From positions 9,888-73,887 of the IMG/VR virus record IMGVR_UViG_3300042691_008527: a DNA stretch of 64,000 nt; one strand, given 5' to 3'. Below are positions 56,822 to 64,000 of this stretch, in pieces. Source of the stretch: a virus. Numbering within the stretch: position 1 is the first letter of the stretch; the number at the start of each line of letters is the position of its first letter. The notes beneath the pieces were generated by a model. That model was not told where the DNA came from and did not search any database. It saw only the letters and a program-made list of their open reading frames with translations. A program made the translations under genes and the position numbers.

Positions 56822-56843
56822 TAATTAAAAGAAAAGAGATATA

Positions 56844-57629
56844 ATGGCAACAAACTTATTAAAGCAGGTAATGATGAAACCTGCTGCCAAAAGCACTATT
56901 GTAGATACAGATGAACTAATTAAAAAGATTGAATCTGGGTATACTGTAAATAGAGGTCCAAAACATCAACAAAAGAAGACATTTGCACCATCTACAATTG
57001 CTTATTCTCATGGAGAATGTCCACGGTATTGGTATCTAGCATTTACTGGTGGAACATTTGAAGATAACTCAGATGCTTATGGTGTTGCAAATATGACAAG
57101 CGGAACCCTTTCTCATGAAAGAATTCAAAAGGCAATGTCTGATGCTGGAATATTACAAGACTCAGAATTTAAGATAACGTCTGAAGACCCACCAATTTTT
57201 GGCTATGGCGACGTCATGCTTGATTGGATGGGAGAAAGTTTGCTTGGAGAAATTAAGACTATGCCAAGCGATACATTTGAATTTTTTAAAACTCGTGGCA
57301 AACCTAAAAAGGGTCACATGATTCAACTTTTAATATACATGAAGATTTTAAAAAAAGCAAAAGCAGTAATGATTTATGAGAATAAAAATAATCATGAGCT
57401 TTTGATCTTTCCAGTTGAAGTAACTGAGGGTTATATAAAGTGGGTAGATTATGCATTTAATTGGATGAGGGAGGTTCGTAAAGCTTGGGAAAATAAAACA
57501 ATTCCTAAGAAAAACTATAGATCTAATTCTAAGATCTGTAAAACCTGTCCATTGCAAAAAGAATGTGCAATAGCAGAGGTGGGAGATATTAAAATAGCAT
57601 CTCTGGAGGAATTGAGTGAAACAATGTAA
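56844..57629 (+). CDS. Cas4-like PD-(D/E)xK exonuclease
   Basis: CPRYW, GT..H, GDV..GEIKT, QLLIY, C-terminal CxxCx5C. Confidence 0.8.
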   Translation: MATNLLKQVMMKPAAKSTIVDTDELIKKIESGYTVNRGPKHQQKKTFAPSTIAYSHGECPRYWYLAFTGGTFEDNSDAYGVANMTSGTLSHERIQKAMSDAGILQDSEFKITSEDPPIFGYGDVMLDWMGESLLGEIKTMPSDTFEFFKTRGKPKKGHMIQLLIYMKILKKAKAVMIYENKNNHELLIFPVEVTEGYIKWVDYAFNWMREVRKAWENKTIPKKNYRSNSKICKTCPLQKECAIAEVGDIKIASLEELSETM

Positions 57630-57921
57630 CTGGTGCGATAAGGCATTTAAGCCATCGGTATCATATCAAATATATTGCTCTCCAGAGTGTAGAGATGAAT
57701 CTACAAAACAAAAAATTGTAGAACGACATAAAGTATTAAGAAGGAGAAAGCGCAAAGAAAAAATAAGGCTTTGCGCTGGTGGGTGCGGCACCAAGTTATC
57801 TTTATATAATGACGATAAAATGTGTAATGCCTGTAGTATTAATTCTAAACAAGTAAATAAAAAAATAAAAGAAATTAAGGACCTGATGCATGAATATGAA
57901 GATAGACGAAAGCCCAAATAG
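57616..57921 (+). CDS. Zinc-finger protein
   Basis: CxxC..YCSxxC and CxxxC..CxxC. Confidence 0.65.
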   Translation: MKQCNWCDKAFKPSVSYQIYCSPECRDESTKQKIVERHKVLRRRKRKEKIRLCAGGCGTKLSLYNDDKMCNACSINSKQVNKKIKEIKDLMHEYEDRRKPK

Positions 57922-58465
57922 AATCTGTGCTATTGATGCTAGCACAAGCAGTTTGGCCTATGCAATCTTTGTTGATAAAGAGCTATCTGAATATGGAAAA
58001 ATTAATTTTGCTGGATCAGATATTTATCAAAAGGTAGCAGATGCTGCTAGAAAAACAAAAGCATATTTTGATGGTTTTATAAACATTGATGCACTAGTAA
58101 TAGAGCATACGGTATTTATGAACAGTCCAAAGACTGCTGCTGACCTTGCCTTGGTCCAAGGAGCCATCTTAGGAGCAGTGGCTACCTCTGGTGTTAAAGT
58201 TTTTGGAAGGGTATCGCCAATAACTTGGCAAAACTATATAGGCAATAAAAAATTAAGCAATGAAGAAAAGATAATGATACAGTCTCAAAATCCAGGGAAA
58301 TCTGTATCTTGGCTAAAGTCTTATGAAAGAAATATCAGAAAACAAAGAACTTCTAAGTTTATTGAAATAAACTATAATAAAGTTATAGATGATAACGATG
58401 TTGCAGATGCTTGTGCAATAGGTCATTGGGCTATTAACAATTGGGGAAAGGCAGTTGACAAATAA
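57890..58465 (+). CDS. RuvC-like Holliday junction resolvase
   Basis: AIDAST, VIEH, DVADACAIG. Confidence 0.75.
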   Translation: MNMKIDESPNRICAIDASTSSLAYAIFVDKELSEYGKINFAGSDIYQKVADAARKTKAYFDGFINIDALVIEHTVFMNSPKTAADLALVQGAILGAVATSGVKVFGRVSPITWQNYIGNKKLSNEEKIMIQSQNPGKSVSWLKSYERNIRKQRTSKFIEINYNKVIDDNDVADACAIGHWAINNWGKAVDK

Positions 58466-58483
58466 TATTATGAGTGCTAAACT
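58455..58483 (+). promoter_or_regulatory. Promoter TTGACA-17-TAAACT
   Basis: Has TG extension; straddles the ATG of the 51-aa HTH gene. Confidence 0.5.
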
Positions 58484-58625
58484 ATATACAAGCGAGTCTT
58501 GGCTTCGTAAACGATATGTTATGGATAAAAAGACTCCACAAGAAATAGCAAAGGAGTGTGGGGCAAGCCTAGAAACTATCTATGTTTACCTTGCAAAATT
58601 TGGATTGAGGAAGTCAAAACGATGA
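58470..58625 (+). CDS. Small HTH DNA-binding protein (absent from ORF track)
   Basis: MSAKLYTSESWLRKRYVMDKKTPQEIAKECGASLETIYVYLAKFGLRKSKR; ATGA overlap with next gene. Confidence 0.8.
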   Translation: MSAKLYTSESWLRKRYVMDKKTPQEIAKECGASLETIYVYLAKFGLRKSKR

Positions 58626-58867
58626 CAGAAAAGTTTAAGATTGTTGTAGATCAGGTAAATCATCCTGCACATTATACATCTGATCCATCTGGAGTTGAAT
58701 GTATCCAAATTACTAGACATCGTAATTTTAATGTTGGCAATGCATTTAAGTATTTGTGGAGAGCTGGATTAAAAAATGAAGACACGCAGATAGAAGATCT
58801 TAAAAAGGCAATCTTTTATATTCAAGATGAAATTAAAAGACTAGAAGGCATTAATGACAAGCACTGA
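58622..58867 (+). CDS. DUF3310-like protein (T7 gp1.7-like)
   Basis: DQVNHPAHY..GVECI..GNAFKYLWRAGLK..EDLKKA; start at ATG 58622. Confidence 0.8.
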   Translation: MTEKFKIVVDQVNHPAHYTSDPSGVECIQITRHRNFNVGNAFKYLWRAGLKNEDTQIEDLKKAIFYIQDEIKRLEGINDKH

Positions 58868-59393
58868 AATAGATTTAGTTAAACACCTTGATGAGGTAAA
58901 TCGTGTTGTAGAAGAATATCTTAAGGGTAACGATCCTACTAGAATATCTAAAGATCTTGCTATGCCACGTACTCGTGTTGTCGCTCATCTTGATGAATGG
59001 AAAAGAATGGCATCAGACAATACCGCCATTCGTACAAGAGCAAAAGAAGCCCTTGTCGGTGCTGATGCACATTATAATAAGCTTATTACAAAAGCCTATG
59101 AGGTTATTGAGGAGGCAAGTACAACTGCTAATCTTAATGCAAAAACTGCAGGAATTAAGCTTGTAATGGATATTGAGTCTAGAAGAATTGATATGCTTCA
59201 AAAGGCTGGTTTGCTTGAAAATAAAGAACTTGCTGAAGAGATGGTTGAAATAGAAAAAAGACAAGAAGTTCTTGTTGGTATCCTTAGAGATATTGCCTCT
59301 TCTCATCCAGAGGTAAGAGATCTTATTATGGAAAGGCTTTCTATGATAGCCAAAGAGGGCGAAGTGATTACGATTGTCCACGATGTTCAATGA
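58854..59393 (+). CDS. Probable terminase small subunit
   Basis: N-terminal HTH plus helices, overlapping terminase large subunit gene. Confidence 0.6.
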   Translation: MTSTEIDLVKHLDEVNRVVEEYLKGNDPTRISKDLAMPRTRVVAHLDEWKRMASDNTAIRTRAKEALVGADAHYNKLITKAYEVIEEASTTANLNAKTAGIKLVMDIESRRIDMLQKAGLLENKELAEEMVEIEKRQEVLVGILRDIASSHPEVRDLIMERLSMIAKEGEVITIVHDVQ

Positions 59394-61152
59394 TTTTCTT
59401 GAGGCTTTACAGGATAACCATTTTGAGGAAAAACCAGTAGATGTAAAAACATTTGTTGAATCATTGGATTATTTGGGACAGCCACCACTTTCTGCTATAC
59501 AATATGAAATAGTAGAGGCAATGAGTCAAATCTATCGAAAAGAAGATTTGCAAAATTTAATGGGGACAGATAAGGGAGCAAGGCATTTTGATAAATATAC
59601 AAAAAATGAAATCATCTTGCAGCTTGGCAAGGGTAGTGGTAAAGACCATACTTCTACCGTTGCTTGTGCTTACGTTGTTTATAAACTACTATGTCTTAAA
59701 GATCCTGCCAGATATTTCGGAAAGCCAGGAGGAGATGCCATAGACATCATTAATATTGCTATTAATGCTGAACAGGCAAAGAATGTTTTCTTCAAAGGAT
59801 TTAAAAATAAGATAGAAAAGTCTCCTTGGTTTGCTGGAAAATATGATCCAAAAGTAAACTCAATAGGATTTGATAAATCTATTACAGTTTATTCTGGACA
59901 CTCAGAGCGTGAATCACACGAAGGTCTTAACTTATTTATGGCAGTCCTTGATGAAATTTCTGGATTTGCTACTGAGGTTGGAACTGGAAATGATCAGGGT
60001 AAAACTGCAGACAATATATATAAAGCATTTCGTGGTACTGTAGATTCTCGTTTCCCAGATCTTGGTAAAGTTGTTCTTCTTTCATTCCCACGATACCAAG
60101 GTGATTTTATTTCAAAGCGGTATGAAGATGTTATTATGGAAAAGGACGTATTAGAAAGACGACATAAATTTGTTATTAATGAAGAACTTCCATTAGGTCC
60201 AGATAATGAGTTTGAAATTGTATGGGAAGAAGACCATATTAAATCATATAAATACCCTAGAATGTTTGCACTAAAGCGTCCGACATGGGAAGTTAATCCG
60301 ACTCGCAAAATAGAAGATTTCAAAATATCATTTTTAACAGATCCAGGAGATGCCATGATGCGTTTCCTTTGTACTCCTACATTTTCCTCGGATGCATTTT
60401 TTAAACAAAAAGATAAGTTAGAAAAATGCATGACACTAAGAAACCCACTTGATAATCACAGGAGGTTTGACCCAAGCTTTAAACCAGATCCAGATAAAGT
60501 TTATTATGTACATGCAGACCTTGCACAAAAACATGACAAATGTGCAGTTGCTATCGCACATGTTGAACGATGGGTAAACATTCAAGTAATTAAAGATTAC
60601 GAACAGGTTGCGCCAATTGTTATTGTTGATGCAGTTGCTTGGTGGGAACCAAAAGTAGAAGGTCCAGTAAATCTATCTGAAGTAAAGCAATGGATACAAA
60701 ATCTCCGTAGGGAGGGATTTAATATATCAATGGTTACATTTGATAGATGGCAGTCTTTTGATATCCAACAAGAGTTAAAAGCAGTTGGAATGAGAACTGA
60801 TACTGTTTCTGTTGCAAAAAAACATTATGAAGATTTAGCAATGATGATATACGAGGAAAGATTGGCTATGCCTATGATTCCATTATTATTAGAAGAACTT
60901 TCAGAGCTTAAAATAATGAAAGGAAATCGTGTGGATCACCCTAGAAAAAAGTCTAAAGATTTGGCAGATGCTGTATGTGGGGCGGTATTTGGAGCAATAT
61001 CTCATACCAATAGAGATTCTAATATAGAAATAGATGTTCATACCTGGTCCTCATCACGAATTGACAGGAAAAAAGACAATATGGTAGAATTAGAAACTAA
61101 GGAAATGCCTAACGATGTTAGGGATTACTTGGATAAATTAAATCTAATATAA
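59374..61152 (+). CDS. Terminase large subunit
   Basis: Walker A LGKGSGKD, Walker B AVLDE, nuclease HADLA...KDLADA. Confidence 0.9.
   Translation: MSTMFNDFLEALQDNHFEEKPVDVKTFVESLDYLGQPPLSAIQYEIVEAMSQIYRKEDLQNLMGTDKGARHFDKYTKNEIILQLGKGSGKDHTSTVACAYVVYKLLCLKDPARYFGKPGGDAIDIINIAINAEQAKNVFFKGFKNKIEKSPWFAGKYDPKVNSIGFDKSITVYSGHSERESHEGLNLFMAVLDEISGFATEVGTGNDQGKTADNIYKAFRGTVDSRFPDLGKVVLLSFPRYQGDFISKRYEDVIMEKDVLERRHKFVINEELPLGPDNEFEIVWEEDHIKSYKYPRMFALKRPTWEVNPTRKIEDFKISFLTDPGDAMMRFLCTPTFSSDAFFKQKDKLEKCMTLRNPLDNHRRFDPSFKPDPDKVYYVHADLAQKHDKCAVAIAHVERWVNIQVIKDYEQVAPIVIVDAVAWWEPKVEGPVNLSEVKQWIQNLRREGFNISMVTFDRWQSFDIQQELKAVGMRTDTVSVAKKHYEDLAMMIYEERLAMPMIPLLLEELSELKIMKGNRVDHPRKKSKDLADAVCGAVFGAISHTNRDSNIEIDVHTWSSSRIDRKKDNMVELETKEMPNDVRDYLDKLNLI
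61061..61090 (+). promoter_or_regulatory. Promoter TTGACA-18-TAGAAT inside terminase 3' end
   Basis: Has TG extension; upstream of 61168 gene. Confidence 0.65.
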
Positions 61153-61167
61153 CAAACAAGGAGAAAA

Positions 61168-62904
61168 ATGAATTCATTTAAGAAATTTGCTACTATCTTG
61201 GCTGCAGCCTTGACATTTAGCACATTTTCTGCAACGCCGTCTAGTGCGGCAGTTCTTGCTGATAGTTTTGCTATTGATGCGGTGGCTGATACCATCACAG
61301 CTGGCGAGACAGCAACTGCTGTTTTGACTTTGACATTTATTGCAGAAAATGCAGGAGATACAGTTTCTGTGTTATCTCTAGTATCAAGTCAGCCTGTTGG
61401 TGCTGGTAAGTCTGCCACACTTGCAGTTGCTGAAACTACAAGCGCAGTAGTTACTCTTGGTGCTGGGAATACTTCTGCAGATGTTAGTTCTACAACTAAT
61501 TCTGCATCACAAGTAACTGCTAAATTTAATGCAACTTTGGTTGCTCCATCTGTTGCTGGTGCATATGTTGTTAATTTTTATCCAGTTCTCAAGAGTACTG
61601 GTGGAAGAGTTACAGCATCGCCACTCGTTTGGACAGTTACTGTAAATGCAGCAGATGTAAAGGCATCTGTAGCAACATCTACATCTATTATTAATAAGGG
61701 TGAGACAATTTCTGCAACTGCAGATGCATCCGTCTTTGCTTCAAAGACAGTATCATCAGATGCAGCAGCAGTTATTGTTGTAACTCAAAAGAATGCTGCT
61801 GGTACATCGGTTGCAGAGTCTCTTACTGTAACAGTAGCAGGTCCAGGTCTTATTGGACACGGATCAAATCATGCAACAATTTCTGGATCTGTTAGAGCAG
61901 CAGTTGTTCCTGCAGGACACTATATTGGTGTATTTGCAGATGGAACAGCAGGGGTAGGAACCGTAACGATTACATCTGCATCAAATGTTGTTCTTGCTAC
62001 AGAAAAGGTAACATTCTATGGCGATATTGCTAAGATTGTTACAACTGTTGCTAAGCCTGTTCTTGCAGTTGGCTCAAACGCTGATGCAATTACAGCAGTT
62101 GCATACGATGCAAATAATGTTATTGTGGGCAATGGTACCCTATATGCCACATCTGATACTGTCGGGGTAGTAAGCAACTCTGCTACTTCTGCAACTATTG
62201 TTGATGGTGTAGCAAAGTTTAACCTTACTGGTGTTCGAACTGGTAATGCAAAGGTGGGAGTTTACTCTGGATCTATTGCAGATACCGCCTCTGTTCGTGT
62301 TGAAGGTGCTGCTGCTAAGGTAGCGATTACCTTTGATAAGGATCAGTACACCCCAGGTGAGGCAGCAACAATTACTGTATCAGTAACAGATGCTGCTGGT
62401 CTTCCATTGGTTGGACAGACATTCGCTAATTTATTTGCTAGTGGTGGTATTTCTACATCATACGCATTCGGTACTGCTAGCGATGCAATTAACGTTGTTT
62501 CAGTAACTACAGATACAACAACTGCCACTAAGGTATTTAAGGTATTTATGCCTACTGCTGAAGTCAATGTTGTCATTTCTGCTACTGGTGGAGTCTCTAT
62601 TGCAGAAGCAGGTCGTGTACTTATTACAGATTCTGCTACAGTCTTCAATCCAGCACGACAGGCTTCTGATGAGGCCCTTGCTGCTGCACAGGCTGCAACT
62701 GATGCTGCAGTAGATGCAACAAAGGCTGCAACTTCTGCTCAAGAGGCTGCAGATAAAGCTGCTCTTGCTTCCGCTGAGGCTGCTAAGGCTGCACAAGATG
62801 CACTTGCTGCAGTTAACAATCTTGCTCTTGAAGTCGTAAAGATTACAAAGCAAATTGCTGCAATGCAAAAGACAATCAATGCAATTGCAAAAAAGCTAAA
62901 GTAA
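61168..62904 (+). CDS. Secreted Ig-like repeat surface protein with C-terminal coiled coil
   Basis: Sec-type signal peptide MNSFKKFATILAAAL..SSA; A/T/V-rich beta repeats (YTPGEAATITVSVTDAAG); Ala-rich heptads. Confidence 0.75.
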   Translation: MNSFKKFATILAAALTFSTFSATPSSAAVLADSFAIDAVADTITAGETATAVLTLTFIAENAGDTVSVLSLVSSQPVGAGKSATLAVAETTSAVVTLGAGNTSADVSSTTNSASQVTAKFNATLVAPSVAGAYVVNFYPVLKSTGGRVTASPLVWTVTVNAADVKASVATSTSIINKGETISATADASVFASKTVSSDAAAVIVVTQKNAAGTSVAESLTVTVAGPGLIGHGSNHATISGSVRAAVVPAGHYIGVFADGTAGVGTVTITSASNVVLATEKVTFYGDIAKIVTTVAKPVLAVGSNADAITAVAYDANNVIVGNGTLYATSDTVGVVSNSATSATIVDGVAKFNLTGVRTGNAKVGVYSGSIADTASVRVEGAAAKVAITFDKDQYTPGEAATITVSVTDAAGLPLVGQTFANLFASGGISTSYAFGTASDAINVVSVTTDTTTATKVFKVFMPTAEVNVVISATGGVSIAEAGRVLITDSATVFNPARQASDEALAAAQAATDAAVDATKAATSAQEAADKAALASAEAAKAAQDALAAVNNLALEVVKITKQIAAMQKTINAIAKKLK

Positions 62905-62919
62905 GCAACTTATAAAACT

Positions 62920-62947
62920 GGGGGCAGGGAAACTTGCCCCCTTTTTT
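62920..62947 (+). terminator. Intrinsic terminator
   Basis: GGGGGCAGG-GAAA-CTTGCCCCC-TTTTTT. Confidence 0.88.
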
Positions 62948-62966
62948 ATTACATAAAACTAAATAA

Positions 62967-62975
62967 TGATATAAT
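62967..62975 (+). promoter_or_regulatory. Extended -10 promoter (TGA-TATAAT)
   Basis: Intergenic before ATG 62992. Confidence 0.55.
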
Positions 62976-62991
62976 TAGGCAGGTAGCCCTT

Positions 62992-64000
62992 ATGAAATCT
63001 ATTCGTAAGTTATTTAGAATATTAATTGTTTCGGGGCTAGTAATAACAACTTCATTTTTTGGTATATATGCAGCAGATGCTAATGCACAATTAGATAGAA
63101 TACAATCACAATTAGCAGGCCTGGACCCAGTAACAGATGATATTAAGTCGGCCATATCAAATATTCAAAGCGCAATAAACAAATCAAATAATTTAAAAAA
63201 TCAATTAGATTCTGCTATTGAGACTGATAAGAAAAACAAGGAACTATTAGCAAAGTCAGAAAAAGAGCTTGAGCAATCAAAAGCAGAATTAGAATTATCT
63301 ACATCAGAACTTGAAGAGGCTAAATCAACTCTTGAAGAAGCATTAACAAAATACAATGAAAAAGAAGCGGAATTAAAAGAAAAACTTGATCTAATAGAGT
63401 CAATAAAGTCTACTCTAGTATCTGAAAAAGAAAAATTAGATGCTAAAAAGGCTGAAATAGTCGTAGTTATAGAGCAGATCAAAAATAAACAAGAGCTCAT
63501 ATCTGGAACAAAATCTGCCATAACAAGTCTTGAATCTTCTATATCCGCCTTAGATGGATCAATAAATAGCCAGTCTACAGTAGTAAATAATATTAAGTCA
63601 GAGGTTGATTCTTTAAATACATCCATATCGTCTCTGACTACTGCAATAACAAACCAACAGTCTGTTGTTTCTACCGCACAATCAGAATATAATGTTACAC
63701 AGTCAGCATTAACTTCTGCAACAAACGCAGTTAATAATCAGGAAACCGTTGTTGCTACTGCTCTTACAAATAAAACCAATGCAGAAAATGCAGTCAATAA
63801 TGCTGGATCAGCAGGACTTCAATATACTGTATATGAATTATTAAGAGATGGTTATGTTAATGGACAGCACGTAGCAGTGCCTGGTTCTGTAATATGTACT
63901 GGCGTTTGGAATTCTGGCTCTATGAATCTTCCAGTATGTGGTAATAGATACTATGATGTTATTGTTAAATTTACTGGAAAAATTACTGTGCCATCACATT
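62992..64000 (+). CDS. Secreted coiled-coil protein with probable PA14-like domain (truncated by window end)
   Basis: Open frame to end: MKSIRKLFRILIVSGLVITTSFFGIYAADANA signal peptide, ~240 aa of heptads, then GLQYTVY...VKFTGKITVP. Confidence 0.75.
   Translation, partial: MKSIRKLFRILIVSGLVITTSFFGIYAADANAQLDRIQSQLAGLDPVTDDIKSAISNIQSAINKSNNLKNQLDSAIETDKKNKELLAKSEKELEQSKAELELSTSELEEAKSTLEEALTKYNEKEAELKEKLDLIESIKSTLVSEKEKLDAKKAEIVVVIEQIKNKQELISGTKSAITSLESSISALDGSINSQSTVVNNIKSEVDSLNTSISSLTTAITNQQSVVSTAQSEYNVTQSALTSATNAVNNQETVVATALTNKTNAENAVNNAGSAGLQYTVYELLRDGYVNGQHVAVPGSVICTGVWNSGSMNLPVCGNRYYDVIVKFTGKITVPSH

Noticed and set aside
56844-57629. CRISPR-Cas system
   Set aside because: Stand-alone Cas4-like nuclease; no array or other cas genes
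58556-58621. N-terminal extension of the DUF3310-like ORF
   Set aside because: Overlaps the 51-aa HTH gene in another frame; ATG 58622 is the coupled start
62949-63626. Minus-strand ORFs 62949..63155 and 63201..63626
   Set aside because: Antisense to the long plus-strand ORF starting at 62992
1-64000. tRNA/rRNA genes, integrase, stop-codon reassignment
   Set aside because: Intergenic gaps are short with no cloverleaf seen; genes are intact under the standard code

Overview
AT-rich, almost entirely plus-strand segment of a large tailed dsDNA phage (Caudoviricetes, siphovirus-like). The host is probably a low-GC freshwater actinobacterium; this is inferred from leaderless starts, DnaE/class II RNR content and actinophage-style fibre genes, not shown. 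Layout: 1-16.6 kb is an accessory adsorption region (tail fibres, six glycine-rich adhesin-like genes, a duplicated three-gene cassette, a 24-Cys adhesin module and the only convincing minus-strand gene, a secreted lytic transglycosylase). 17-19 kb is class II ribonucleotide reductase. 19-47 kb is head, neck and tail morphogenesis (portal, protease-scaffold, major capsid, tail tube, chaperones, tape measure, tail tip). 47-58.9 kb is replication/recombination (DnaB, primase, SSB, DnaE, MazG-like, RecA, Cas4-like nuclease, resolvases). 58.9-61.2 kb is terminase and 61.2-64 kb holds two secreted surface-type proteins. No tRNA, rRNA, CRISPR array, integrase, intein or reverse transcriptase was seen. 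Best candidates for an undescribed system: (i) a modular plug-and-socket adhesin system, including a beta-sandwich tip carrying a nested 24-Cys stalk-and-knob insertion co-encoded with a Cys-rich helper, and tandem A-B-C heterotrimer cassettes bearing polyglycine heads; (ii) tail chaperones G and GT encoded by duplicated genes rather than a frameshift; (iii) two promoter classes that track gene function. All family assignments come from motif recognition by eye, not from database searches.
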